Shown piece after piece: positions 1-8,794 of a stretch of DNA of 32,000 nt; position 1 is the stretch's first letter; each line of letters opens with the position of its first letter. This DNA comes from Vibrio alginolyticus NBRC 15630 = ATCC 17749 (GTDB lineage Bacteria > Pseudomonadota > Gammaproteobacteria > Enterobacterales > Vibrionaceae): positions 750,001 through 782,000 of the forward strand of contig NC_022359.1 of assembly GCF_000354175.2 (NCBI RefSeq). The letters run 5' to 3'. Made by a program: the position numbers and the translations under genes. The notes beneath the pieces were generated by a model, which saw only the letters and a list, made by a program, of their open reading frames with translations, had not been told where the DNA came from and did not search any database.

Positions 1-151
1 AGCAATCCAACGAGAAAGGGAAGTCGCCATCTTCTGGTGACTTCCATAGAGAAAGTTGCGTAAGTGCTCAGTTTTGAGGAATCATAGCCCCGTTAACTTA
101 TTGATAAGGGTGCATAACAACGGTTTTATTTAAGCAATTAGTTGCTATGCA

Positions 152-931
152 TTACTGCGAGTTAGTGAGCTCTTCATTAACCCAATATTTAGAACCAGAC
201 ACGTTAGCATCGATGAGCAAACCTTTAGCGTTCAGCTGATAGACGGCGACGCCGCTGTTAAATTGTTTTGAAAGTTGCTCTGAATCTTCGCCCGCAACAG
301 CAGAGGCTTCACTTGTGGCCTCCCATCCTTCGTTGACGAACGTATCAAAGTCTTCTTTGCTCTCAAACAGAACCACTTGTTGGTAAAATTTGCCGCCAGC
401 CCCAAGTGCAACGCCCAAACCAAACATATTCATATAAGTGCGTTCTTCTGTTTCCTTATTCACTGCGACTCCTGACCCTGAGTTGGTGTGAAACAGCAAA
501 GATAATTTACGAGAATCAAAGACCGCGTAGCCGTACGCGTTGTCGTAAATAGCTTTTGCCTCCGGCTTTTCATTAAATAACTTGAGCAAAGCGCTATCTG
601 CCATTAAGTCCACGGCTTGGCGAGCTTCTTCTGGCGTATCGCCTTCCATCAGCTCATCAATTTTTTTGTCGGCAGCATCTATCCATTCTTTGCTTTTCTC
701 GATGCTGGCTTCTGTCCATTCGCCTGCGGTATTGATCGCTTCCTCGGACCAATTCGTGAAATCTTGCCACGCTTGTTTTGAAAACGCTTTGGTGTCGTCC
801 CAAGCATCTTGGGCAGTATCAGAAACTGCGTCGCCAAGCTCAGACATTTTATTGGAAATTTCATCCCAATCGGCATAAGCAGGGGATGCCAGGAGCATCA
901 ATGTAGTAAGGAGTGCGATAGGCTTTTTCAT
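152..931 (-). CDS. Secreted protein with C-terminal SYLF/Ysc84-like (DUF500-type) domain; function unknown
   Basis: ORF 152..934. The codon at 934 is TTG and the first ATG is at 931. MKKPIALLTTLMLLASPAYA looks like a Sec signal peptide. The C-terminal half (YGYAVFDSRK...MFGLGVALGAGGKFYQQVVLFESKEDFDTFV...EASAVAGEDS) fits the glycine-rich SYLF pattern as I remember it. The N-terminal half is acidic, Trp-rich and helical. The CDS call is solid; the domain call is about 0.45. Confidence 0.75.
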   Translation of the reverse strand: MKKPIALLTTLMLLASPAYADWDEISNKMSELGDAVSDTAQDAWDDTKAFSKQAWQDFTNWSEEAINTAGEWTEASIEKSKEWIDAADKKIDELMEGDTPEEARQAVDLMADSALLKLFNEKPEAKAIYDNAYGYAVFDSRKLSLLFHTNSGSGVAVNKETEERTYMNMFGLGVALGAGGKFYQQVVLFESKEDFDTFVNEGWEATSEASAVAGEDSEQLSKQFNSGVAVYQLNAKGLLIDANVSGSKYWVNEELTNSQ

Positions 932-1057
932 CAAATTCTCTCTGGAGTTATCGATATACCATTCATTTTAGGTCATCAGACTTTGATAATGAAATTGACT
1001 AAATGACGAACTTGAGAGAGGAATCACGAACTGATTGTGAAATGACGTGTGAATAAC

Positions 1058-1085
1058 AAAGCCCTCACAAGGGGAGTGTGAGGGC
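1058..1085 (-). terminator. Rho-independent terminator of ppsA
   Basis: 9-bp perfect stem GCCCTCACA (1061-1069) / TGTGAGGGC (1077-1085) with a 7-nt loop. On the minus strand it is followed by TTTGTTATTC, 17 nt after the ppsA stop. Confidence 0.7.
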
Positions 1086-1101
1086 TAGAGTTTATCGTGT
1101 G

Positions 1102-3474
1102 TTACTTGCTGCTAACTTTACCGAGTTTTAACCAAGTATCGATAACCGTATCTGGGTTTAGTGATACAGAGCTAATACCTTGATCCATTAGCCATTCCGC
1201 TAGGTCGTCGTGGTCTGATGGGCCTTGACCACAAATACCAACGTATTTGCCTGCTTTTGTTGCCGCATCAATCGCCATCTGAAGCATCACCTTAACCGCT
1301 GGGTTGCGCTCATCAAATAGATGTGCGACATCGCCAGAGTCACGGTCAAGACCAAGCGTTAGCTGAGTCATGTCGTTTGAGCCAATCGAGAAGCCATCAA
1401 AGTACTTCAAGAACTCATCGGCAAGGACCGCGTTGGATGGCAGTTCGCACATCATGATGACTTTAAGACCCTGATCGCCACGGCGCAGATCAAACTTCGC
1501 TAGCAAATCAATCACTGATGCTGCTTCGCTTGGTGTACGCACAAATGGGATCATGATTTCAACGTTTTTCAGACCCATTTCGTTACGAACGCGTTTGATT
1601 GCTTGAGTTTCTAGCTCGAAGCAGTCTTCAAACACTGGAGAAATGTAACGAGACGCGCCACGGAAGCCCAGCATTGGGTTTTCTTCATGCGGTTCGTAGG
1701 CTTTACCGCCAACCAAGTTGCTGTATTCGTTAGACTTAAAGTCAGACATACGAACAATAACGCGTTTCGGCCAAAATGCCGCAGCAATGGTTGCGATACC
1801 TTCTGTCAGTTTGCTTACGTAGAAATCGATAGGATCTTTGTAACCACGAATACGCTGAGTGATTTCTGCTTTTAGCTCATCGCTTTGTGCATCAAAGTTA
1901 AGTAATGCTTTCGGGTGGATACCAATCATCTTATTGATGATGAATTCAAGACGAGCAAGACCAACACCTTCATTTGGAATTTGTGCGAAGTCAAACGCGC
2001 GATCAGGGTTACCCACGTTCATCATCACTTTTGTTGGTAGCAGTGGCAGTTCATCAACAGAAGAGCGTTTTACGTCAAACTCAAGTTCACCTTGGTAAAC
2101 GTAGCCCGTTTCACCTTCAGAACAAGATACGGTCACGGTTGCACCATCGGTTAACTTGCTTGTCGCATCGCCACAGCCAACGATCGCAGGAATACCAAGC
2201 TCACGAGCGATGATGGCAGCGTGGCAAGTACGGCCACCACGGTTGGTTACGATTGCAGATGCTTTTTTCATCACTGGTTCCCAATCTGGGTCAGTCATGT
2301 CTGTAACTAGCACGTCACCTTCTTGGACTAGAGACATTTGGTCCAGAGAGTCAACCAAGCGAACCACGCCTTTACCGATGCGCTGACCGATTGCACGACC
2401 TTCAACCAAAACATCTGCTTTGTTTTGTAGTTCGTAGCGCTCAATCACATTTTGTTCCGTTTGCGAACATACGGTTTCAGGACGCGCTTGAACAATGTAC
2501 AGCTTGCCATCAATGCCATCTTTTGCCCATTCAATGTCCATTGGACGCTGATAGTGCTTTTCGATGATCATTGCTTGCTTTGCGAGCTCTTTGATCTCGT
2601 CGTCGTTCAATGAGAACGTGTTGCGCTCTTCATCAGAAGTATCAACGATATCAACTTGTTTGCCGATTTCTTGGTTATCTGAGTAGATCATTTTGATCAA
2701 CTTAGAACCAAATGTTTTCTTAACGATTGGGTGTTCGCCTGCTTCAAGCATTGGCTTGTGAACGTAGAACTCGTCAGGGTTTACTGCACCTTGAACGACC
2801 ATCTCGCCTAGACCCCATGAAGAGGTGATGAAGACAACTTGGTCGAAACCCGATTCAGTGTCTAGTGTAAACATAACACCCGACGAGGCTTTATCTGAAC
2901 GCACCATACGTTGGATACCCGCAGATAGCGAGATGCCACGGTGGTCGAACCCTTGGTGAACGCGGTAAGAAATCGCACGGTCGTTAAATAGAGAAGCGTA
3001 AACGTGCTTAGTTGCTTCTAGTACTGCGTCGATGCCTTTCACGTTCAAAAACGTTTCTTGCTGACCAGCAAAAGAAGCATCAGGTAGGTCTTCTGCCGTA
3101 GCAGATGAACGAACTGCGACTGAAAGCTCAGGATTGCCTTCGATCAGTTCTTGGTAATTTTCACGAATTTCTTGTTCAAGGTCCGCAGGGAAAGGGGCCT
3201 CTAATACCCATTGACGAATGTTTGCACCTGTCTTACGCAGAGCTTCTACATCTTCAACGTCTAGTTCATCGAGTAATTGGTGAATACGCTCATCCAAACC
3301 TTCGTGGTCAAGGAATTGGTTAAACGCGTATGAGGTTGTCGCAAAACCATTTGGTACAGAAACGCCTGCGTTTGCTAGGTTAGAAACCATTTCGCCAAGT
3401 GAAGCATTCTTACCGCCGACTTTGTCGACATCATCCATGGATAGGCCATTGAACCAGAGGGTGTTCTTTTGCAT
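1102..3474 (-). CDS. ppsA: Phosphoenolpyruvate synthase (pyruvate, water dikinase)
   Basis: Near full-length colinearity with E. coli PpsA from memory ([34 protein letters not shown], phospho-His motif [21 protein letters not shown]-terminal [16 protein letters not shown]). I prefer the start at ATG 3474 ([10 protein letters not shown]), preceded by GGAGAAAGAC, over the upstream ATG at 3492. Confidence 0.97.
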   Translation of the reverse strand: MQKNTLWFNGLSMDDVDKVGGKNASLGEMVSNLANAGVSVPNGFATTSYAFNQFLDHEGLDERIHQLLDELDVEDVEALRKTGANIRQWVLEAPFPADLEQEIRENYQELIEGNPELSVAVRSSATAEDLPDASFAGQQETFLNVKGIDAVLEATKHVYASLFNDRAISYRVHQGFDHRGISLSAGIQRMVRSDKASSGVMFTLDTESGFDQVVFITSSWGLGEMVVQGAVNPDEFYVHKPMLEAGEHPIVKKTFGSKLIKMIYSDNQEIGKQVDIVDTSDEERNTFSLNDDEIKELAKQAMIIEKHYQRPMDIEWAKDGIDGKLYIVQARPETVCSQTEQNVIERYELQNKADVLVEGRAIGQRIGKGVVRLVDSLDQMSLVQEGDVLVTDMTDPDWEPVMKKASAIVTNRGGRTCHAAIIARELGIPAIVGCGDATSKLTDGATVTVSCSEGETGYVYQGELEFDVKRSSVDELPLLPTKVMMNVGNPDRAFDFAQIPNEGVGLARLEFIINKMIGIHPKALLNFDAQSDELKAEITQRIRGYKDPIDFYVSKLTEGIATIAAAFWPKRVIVRMSDFKSNEYSNLVGGKAYEPHEENPMLGFRGASRYISPVFEDCFELETQAIKRVRNEMGLKNVEIMIPFVRTPSEAASVIDLLAKFDLRRGDQGLKVIMMCELPSNAVLADEFLKYFDGFSIGSNDMTQLTLGLDRDSGDVAHLFDERNPAVKVMLQMAIDAATKAGKYVGICGQGPSDHDDLAEWLMDQGISSVSLNPDTVIDTWLKLGKVSSK

Positions 3475-3725
3475 GTCTTTCTCCAGAAACATTGCAGCTT
3501 AGTAGGGGGACTTAAATCGATCTAAACAATCGCATGTTGGCTGTTATTACACGTTGACCATACATTGCTTCATTTAGATTGATATCAAAGGCAAACGATT
3601 ACGTTCTGGCTGAAAAAAATTCAAAAGAATTTTTAAAGCTGTGGTGAACCTAACTGAAAGCCAAACTGATTTATTAATATTATGTGTACCATCCTACTCA
3701 AAAGATTTTGAAAAATTAAACAGAA

Positions 3726-4562
3726 ATGCAAATAAATAACCAAAGTCGTGATGTATTCTATGTTTCTGACGGTACGGCGATAACATGTGAGACATTAGGG
3801 CATGTTGTTCTCGGTCAATTTCCGTTCATTCCTAACGAAAAAACCTTTCCGTTTGTAGAAAGCCAGGACAAAGCTACTGACGTAGTCAAAGAAATTGAAA
3901 CTTCCTACCAGCGCAATGGCGTCAAACCTCTGGTCTTTTTCTCAATTGTCGTTCCAGAAGTACGTGAAATGCTGCTTGAAGCGCCGGCATACAGTTACGA
4001 TGTGTTGGAGAGTATTGTGCAGAAAGTGCAAGACGACATTCAGATGGCACCAAAGCCTAAGTTGCAGCGTTCTCGCAGTGTGGGGAAAGATTCCGACACC
4101 TATTTTGACCGTATTGCGGCTATTGAATACACATTGGCGCATGATGATGGCATCACGCTAAAAGGGTTGGAACAAGCCGATATTATCCTGCTGGGAGTAT
4201 CGCGCAGCGGAAAAACGCCGACTAGCTTGTACATGGCGATGCAATTTGGTTTACGTGTTGTGAACTATCCGTTCATTGCGGAAGATGTGAAGATGATGCG
4301 TTTGTTGCCTGAATTTGAGATCCATCGTCATAAGTTGTTCGGGCTGACTATTGATCCCGAGCGCTTGACTGAAATCCGTGAAAATCGTTTGTCTGGAAGT
4401 GATTACGCTAGCACAGAGCAGTGCAAGCTGGAGCTAGACACTGTTGAGGCGTTGTTTAGAAGAGAGGCGATCCCATATATCAATACGTCCTCTCTGTCTG
4501 TTGAGGAAATTACTACGCGTATTCTGGAAAAAGCAGGAATGAAGCGTCGCTTGTTTGGCTAA
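3726..4562 (+). CDS. ppsR: PEP synthase regulatory protein (bifunctional kinase/pyrophosphorylase, DUF299)
   Basis: Aligns with E. coli PpsR/YdiA from memory ([17 protein letters not shown]-loop [33 protein letters not shown]). Divergent from ppsA, as in enterobacteria. Confidence 0.95.
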   Translation: MQINNQSRDVFYVSDGTAITCETLGHVVLGQFPFIPNEKTFPFVESQDKATDVVKEIETSYQRNGVKPLVFFSIVVPEVREMLLEAPAYSYDVLESIVQKVQDDIQMAPKPKLQRSRSVGKDSDTYFDRIAAIEYTLAHDDGITLKGLEQADIILLGVSRSGKTPTSLYMAMQFGLRVVNYPFIAEDVKMMRLLPEFEIHRHKLFGLTIDPERLTEIRENRLSGSDYASTEQCKLELDTVEALFRREAIPYINTSSLSVEEITTRILEKAGMKRRLFG

Positions 4563-4589
4563 CAAGAGACGCTCATGTCGCTATGTGTA

Positions 4590-4616
4590 AGAGGAGGTAA
4601 GGTGTGTACCTCCTCT
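4590..4616. terminator. Stem-loop between convergent ppsR and ansB (probable shared terminator, no clear U-tract)
   Basis: Perfect 10-bp stem AGAGGAGGTA (4590-4599) / TACCTCCTCT (4607-4616) with a 7-nt loop. It lies in the 76-nt gap between two convergent stops. Neither side has a T-run, so its terminator function is inferred. Confidence 0.5.
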
Positions 4617-4638
4617 ATCGAATGAACCTTAGACAGAA

Positions 4639-5703
4639 TTAATAGTATTGGAACATCTTTTGGATGTCTTGATAGTTTTTGGTCTGAGTCAGTGACAGCA
4701 TCAGTAAGATACGTGCTTTTTGTGGGTTCAATGTACCAGCGGCAACAAAGCCGTATTTTTCGTCATCAATTTCAGCATCCAAAGTGGTTGAGCCGCTAGG
4801 CGTTCGGGAGCTTCTTACAACAACAACGCCATCTTTACTCGCTTTCTCTAGCTCATCAAACACAGTGTGGTACAAGTTACCATTACCGACACCAGCACTT
4901 ACGATGCCGTCAAACTTCGCATCCACAAAGGCTTTCACTGGCAAATTGGAGGCATTTGCATAGTTATAAACAATACCGACCTTAGGCAACTTAGTAAGCT
5001 TTGATACATCGAATGGGGTTTCTGTCGTATGTTTACGCTCTGGGCTTCGTTGATATTTGGCATCGCTATTATGAATGTAGCCGATAGCACCAAAGTTGGG
5101 TGACTGGAAAGTGCTGACGGAGGTTGTATTGGTTTTTGTCACATCTCGCGCATCGAAAATCGTGTCATTCATTGCGACTAGCACGCCACGTCCTTCTGAA
5201 TCTTCATCGGTGGCTGTTACGACTGCATTGTATAAGTTGACTGGTCCATCAGCACTCATTGCGGTGGAAGGACGCATTGCACCGACGATCACGACAGGCT
5301 TTTTGCTCTTGACGGTCAGATCAAGGAAGTAAGCGGTTTCCTCTAACGTATCCGTACCATGAGTAATGACGATGCCGTCAACATCATCTTGAGCGAGTAG
5401 CTCATTAACTCTTTTCGATAATTTTAGCCACACTTCATCATTCATATCTTGTGAACCGATACTGACCACTTGCTCTCCAGAAATATCGGCAATGTTGGTC
5501 ATACTCGGCACCGCAGAAATCAATGATTCAACGCCGACTTTACCTGCTGTGTAGTTTGACTCTGTTGCAGATTGACCTGCGCCTGCTATGGTGCCGCCAG
5601 TGGCAAGAATTTTAATGTTCGGAAGTTCGGATTGCGCGAAAGACAAAGAACTAAGGCACAAACCAAGGGTTATCGTACTGAGGCGGAAAAGATTTTTCGT
5701 CAT
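4639..5703 (-). CDS. ansB: Periplasmic L-asparaginase II
   Basis: Signal peptide MTKNLFRLSTITLGLCLSSLSFA followed by the type II asparaginase motifs ILATGGTIAG and ITHGTDTLEETAYFL. Start moved to ATG 5703, with AGGTGA 6 nt upstream; the track start at 5712 is GTG. Confidence 0.93.
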   Translation of the reverse strand: MTKNLFRLSTITLGLCLSSLSFAQSELPNIKILATGGTIAGAGQSATESNYTAGKVGVESLISAVPSMTNIADISGEQVVSIGSQDMNDEVWLKLSKRVNELLAQDDVDGIVITHGTDTLEETAYFLDLTVKSKKPVVIVGAMRPSTAMSADGPVNLYNAVVTATDEDSEGRGVLVAMNDTIFDARDVTKTNTTSVSTFQSPNFGAIGYIHNSDAKYQRSPERKHTTETPFDVSKLTKLPKVGIVYNYANASNLPVKAFVDAKFDGIVSAGVGNGNLYHTVFDELEKASKDGVVVVRSSRTPSGSTTLDAEIDDEKYGFVAAGTLNPQKARILLMLSLTQTKNYQDIQKMFQYY

Positions 5704-5955
5704 GGGAATCACCTGCTGTTAGGTTGGATGTTGGGGAACTCATCTATCCTAAAAACAGTGGGTTAGATTTTTTGAGTACTAGTTCAACAAATTGCAGATG
5801 AAGATCGTGATCAACTAATCACTTAAAGAATATCAAATCAACCAGTTAACCTAATTGACGTGCTTCTTTAACAAGTGAGATGTGCTAGTAACGTGCACAA
5901 CGTGTTAAGCCCTATAATTTATTGATTTATAAATAAAGGAGGTAGGAGTCTCGTG

Positions 5956-6057
5956 ATGAGGTTACTAAACATGAATTTAGCCGTGCAATTTTCCAAAGTT
6001 TACAGTGTAAAAAAAAGCGGCTTTACCCCGGAACAGATAAAAGCCGCTTGCCAATGA
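5956..6057 (+). CDS. Candidate 33-codon small ORF (MRLLNMNLAVQFSKVYSVKKSGFTPEQIKAACQ), unverified
   Basis: Tandem Shine-Dalgarno sequences AAAGGAGGT (5935-5943) and AGGAG (5944-5948) sit 7 nt before ATG 5956, with an in-frame GTG at 5953. TATAAT lies at 5914-5919. No homolog recognised. The ORF reads through the purA-like terminator hairpin. Confidence 0.2.
   Translation: MRLLNMNLAVQFSKVYSVKKSGFTPEQIKAACQ
6009..6049 (-). terminator. Rho-independent terminator of the purA-like gene
   Basis: Minus-strand RNA forms AAGCGGCTTT...AAAGCCGCTT (10-bp stem, 6015-6024 / 6040-6049) followed by TTTTTTTT (complement of the A-run at 6009-6016), 25 nt after the stop. Confidence 0.75.
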
Positions 6058-6073
6058 TGTGTTAATTCACATC

Positions 6074-7330
6074 TTATCGCATAATCATTTGTTCACGACC
6101 AGGACCCACAGACACCATTTTTACTGGTACGCCCATGAGTTCCTCAATGCGTAGAACGTATTTCTGTGCTGCTACTGGAAGCTCTTCAAACTTACGACAA
6201 CCAGTGATGTCCTCGCTCCAGCTTTCCATCTTCTCGTAGATTGGTGCAAGAGAGGCAGTTTGAGGCCAGATTGGGTTTTCGTTGTGGTCGCCTTCGTAGC
6301 CAACACAGATTTTCAGATCGTTAAGGCCAGTCAAACAGTCTACTTTAGTTAGCGCAATTTCAGTTGCTGCTTGCAGTTCAACACCATTCTTAGTAGCGAC
6401 TGCGTCGAAGTAGCCCATATCGCGTGGACGACCTGTAGTTGCACCGAACTCGCCTGCAAGTTCGCGGAAAGCATCTTGCTCTTCCATTGCAGTGATCAAC
6501 GTACCAGTACCTACTGATGAGCTGAATGCTTTTGCAACCGCAATAACGCGCTCAGGGCGAAGTGCCGGAAGACCACTGCCGATACCCGCGTACATTGATA
6601 CAACGTTAGAAGATGTTGTCCAAGGATACTCACCGTAAACAAGGTCACGACCTGCGCCAAGCTGTGCTTCGAACAATAGAGTTTTGTCTTTCGCTTGTAG
6701 TTCTTTTAGAGGAAGCGTTACGTTGCAAATTGAATCGCGCCAAGGTGCAGAGACTTCTAGCAGCCAGTTCGCCAGTTCTTCAGCGGTTTGTTCAAACTCG
6801 AACGTCGGGTAAAGTGCACGCAGTTGCGGCAGTTTCCAATCCATCATGAATTGAAGGCGTTCAACCAATACTTCTGGTTGCTTCAACCAACCAACTAGGA
6901 TGCCTTTCTTCATTACGCGGTCACCGTAAGCAGGTGCAATACCTTGACGAGTTGAACCGTATGCTTTGTCGCCTAAACGTTGTTCTTCTAGCGTATCTTC
7001 TAGTGCGTGTAGAGGTAGACACAGTGTTGCGCGATCAGAGATGCACATATTCACTTTTACGCCCGCTTCTTCAACTTCCGCAATCTCCTGAGACAGCAAC
7101 GCAGGGCTGATAACCATACCCGGACCTAACACTGCCAAACAGTCTGGGTTGAATACGCCACTTGGTAGCTGGTGCAGCTTAAACGTACCTAGATCGTTAA
7201 CCACGGTGTGACCCGCGTTGTTACCACCTTGGAAACGAATGCTCGCAGAAGCTTGCTCTGCCAAAAAGTCAACGATGCGGCCTTTGCCTTCATCACCCCA
7301 GTTTGCACCCACAACAACGATAGACGACAT
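6074..7330 (-). CDS. Adenylosuccinate synthetase family protein, divergent paralog
   Basis: The PurA fold is recognisable throughout: P-loop NWGDEGKGRIVD, QGGNNAGHTV, GSTRQGIAPAY, GATTGRPRD, TKVDCL, SVGPGR. It clearly diverges from canonical PurA in several loops (see findings). I gave it no purA symbol because a housekeeping purA is expected elsewhere. Confidence 0.85.
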   Translation of the reverse strand: MSSIVVVGANWGDEGKGRIVDFLAEQASASIRFQGGNNAGHTVVNDLGTFKLHQLPSGVFNPDCLAVLGPGMVISPALLSQEIAEVEEAGVKVNMCISDRATLCLPLHALEDTLEEQRLGDKAYGSTRQGIAPAYGDRVMKKGILVGWLKQPEVLVERLQFMMDWKLPQLRALYPTFEFEQTAEELANWLLEVSAPWRDSICNVTLPLKELQAKDKTLLFEAQLGAGRDLVYGEYPWTTSSNVVSMYAGIGSGLPALRPERVIAVAKAFSSSVGTGTLITAMEEQDAFRELAGEFGATTGRPRDMGYFDAVATKNGVELQAATEIALTKVDCLTGLNDLKICVGYEGDHNENPIWPQTASLAPIYEKMESWSEDITGCRKFEELPVAAQKYVLRIEELMGVPVKMVSVGPGREQMIMR

Positions 7331-7388
7331 AATTTAATCTCCAAAAACAGATGCAAAAATCTTAAGGTGTTCGCCATAATAAGAGAAA

Positions 7389-7405
7389 TTAATTATACTC
7401 ATTAA
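7389..7405. promoter_or_regulatory. Candidate LysR-type operator (T-N11-A dyad) in the purA-like/LysR divergent promoter region
   Basis: Perfect inverted repeat TTAAT-N7-ATTAA in a 105-bp AT-rich intergenic region. It lies 31 nt upstream of the LysR ATG and 59 nt upstream of the purA-like start. Confidence 0.35.
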
Positions 7406-7435
7406 CTTGATAAGAATTTCATATCGGAATTGGCA

Positions 7436-8305
7436 ATGTTAGATTTGAACTGGCTGCGAACCTTCGTAACTCTTGCAGAGGTAAAACACTTTGGTAAAAC
7501 AGCGACGGAACTGCACATGACGCAGCCGAACGTAAGTTTGCATATCAAGCAGTTGGAGCAAGCCACGCGCACGAAATTGATTGAGCGAAATCCCGTGCAG
7601 TTGACGCAAGCGGGGAAGCGTTTGTTAGCTACGGCGCAGCGGATGCTTAATGAGCTGCAAATTTGTCAGTCGGATCTCAATGCCATCAACGATCTTACGC
7701 AGGGGACGCTTTCTATTGCGGCGAGCGATATTGTTTCACGTTTACTGCTTATCAAACCATTTCAGCAATTCAAAAGTGAATATCCGGGGATCGACTTGGC
7801 ATTGTTCAATACCACATCTTCTCAAGCGGTGGATTTGGTGAAAAGTGCGCGTGCCGATATCGGCTTTGTTATCGCACAAAAAGAGAGTCAACCGCTGCAT
7901 TTTACGCCTCTCACGCAAATTCACTGGTGTGCGTTTGGCGATAACATTTTTGAGTGGCAAGACAATCGAAAAGAGAGCCAGACGCTGATCCTGCTAGGGC
8001 ACGATACTCGAACCCGAGAGCTGATTGATGCGTCTTTACCTGAACTAAATCTGCCTAAGCATCGCGTGATGGAAGTGGGCAGTGTGGAAGCACAAATCGA
8101 CTGGGCGGAAGCGGGGTTTGGGACTGCTATTGTGCCGGATTTTTCGCTCGATCCGAGATTAAAGCTTTCTCGAGAAGTTACGCCTTTGCCAAGTTTTCCA
8201 AACACTGATTTCGGCTACATCGTGCGTCAAAATCAGGTGTTATCCAAAGCGGCAAAACAGTTGTTGGCTTGGGTTGGCGAGAATGTGTCGGTGGTTGAGG
8301 GCTAA
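7436..8305 (+). CDS. LysR family transcriptional regulator
   Basis: N-terminal LysR HTH (MLDLNWLRTFVTLAEVKHFGKTATELHMTQPNVSLHIKQLE) plus a LysR substrate-binding domain. I prefer ATG 7436; the track start at 7430 is TTG. Confidence 0.9.
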   Translation: MLDLNWLRTFVTLAEVKHFGKTATELHMTQPNVSLHIKQLEQATRTKLIERNPVQLTQAGKRLLATAQRMLNELQICQSDLNAINDLTQGTLSIAASDIVSRLLLIKPFQQFKSEYPGIDLALFNTTSSQAVDLVKSARADIGFVIAQKESQPLHFTPLTQIHWCAFGDNIFEWQDNRKESQTLILLGHDTRTRELIDASLPELNLPKHRVMEVGSVEAQIDWAEAGFGTAIVPDFSLDPRLKLSREVTPLPSFPNTDFGYIVRQNQVLSKAAKQLLAWVGENVSVVEG

Positions 8306-8309
8306 GGCG

Positions 8310-8717
8310 ATGAAAGAAAAGGCCATGAAAGAGACGAAGATTACGATTTCGCTCCCATCCTTGATTCACCGTATTGGGGGCGACCATGCCAAGCGAGCGA
8401 AAACACTCGCAGCAGAAAAACAGTGCGATCTTAAGCGAATTAGACGATCTCGTCATTGGCAAATCTCAGGCGAGGCTTTGGATGTAAAAGCGTTTTTAGA
8501 GCATCTCAAAAACGAAGAAGCAGAGACGATGCGATTTGCGATCAACAAGATCGAACAAGCTCTACTTGCTCACCAAGACAAATTGGAACCTTTGGACGTG
8601 AAGTTGATACGTTTGGTGAGACAAAACCCAAACATCACCTTAGCGGAGCTGATGGCTGAAACGAACTGCACGTTAGTTCAAGCTCGCACGGCACGATTTG
8701 ATGCTGAGTTGCTTTAA
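8310..8717 (+). CDS. Hypothetical 135-aa protein, tightly coupled to the upstream LysR gene; possibly the family annotated as 'ribosome recycling factor family protein' (RRF_GI-like, weak recollection)
   Basis: ATG 8310 lies 4 nt after the LysR stop and is preceded by GAGGG. The longer track ORF (8274) would overlap LysR. It contains an ITISLPSLIHRIGG motif and a C-terminal HTH-like stretch, NPNITLAELMAETNCTLVQARTARF. Confidence 0.6.
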   Translation: MKEKAMKETKITISLPSLIHRIGGDHAKRAKTLAAEKQCDLKRIRRSRHWQISGEALDVKAFLEHLKNEEAETMRFAINKIEQALLAHQDKLEPLDVKLIRLVRQNPNITLAELMAETNCTLVQARTARFDAELL

Positions 8718-8742
8718 GATCGGTTTGTGGTTTACTCACTTT

Positions 8743-8755
8743 ATTAACAGATGTT
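8743..8755. promoter_or_regulatory. Dyad TAACA-N2-TGTTA (T-N11-A) upstream of the LysE exporter gene
   Basis: TTAACAGATGTTA lies about 40 nt upstream of ATG 8795 and is nested inside a longer inverted repeat, GATCGGT (8718-8724) / ACCGATC (8761-8767). Its regulatory role is inferred only. Confidence 0.25.
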
Positions 8756-8794
8756 AGGGTACCGATCAAAATCACTCACTAAGACCATTTTATT

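Noticed and set aside
19-45. A 10-bp stem-loop, GGAAGTCGCC-ATCTTCT-GGTGACTTCC, near the left edge as a terminator.
   Set aside because: No U-tract follows on the plus strand, there is an A-C mismatch on the minus strand, and it may lie inside the end of an unseen upstream gene (frame 1 is open to 63). Its strand and role are undeterminable.
3609-3624. GCTGAAAAAAATTCAA upstream of ppsA as a Cra (FruR) operator.
   Set aside because: The half-sites TGAA/TTCA are separated by 5 nt rather than the 4 nt of the TGAA-ACGT-TTCA type consensus I recall. It is suggestive only.
5772-5822. TTGA-N8-TCAA and GTGA-N8-TCAC upstream of ansB as FNR and CRP sites, since E. coli ansB is FNR/CRP dependent.
   Set aside because: Canonical sites have 6-nt spacing between these tetramers (TTGAT-N4-ATCAA and TGTGA-N6-TCACA). 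Both dyads here are 2 nt too long, so I cannot call them.
6074-7330. The idea that the PurA paralog is a phage-type PurZ (2-aminoadenine pathway).
   Set aside because: The P-loop retains GDEGKG with the catalytic Asp, and there is no phage context or partner genes (no mazZ, datZ or DNA polymerase nearby). It looks like a cellular PurA-family paralog instead.
7430-7435. Non-ATG track starts, and upstream ATG track starts, used for several ORFs. Non-ATG: TTG at 934, 7430, 11644 and 31996, and GTG at 5712. Upstream ATG: 3492, 13179, 19037, 30094 and 31243.
   Set aside because: In each case a downstream ATG has a better SD and/or a better match to the family N-terminus, so I moved the start. The exceptions I kept are GTG 23473 and TTG 31042.
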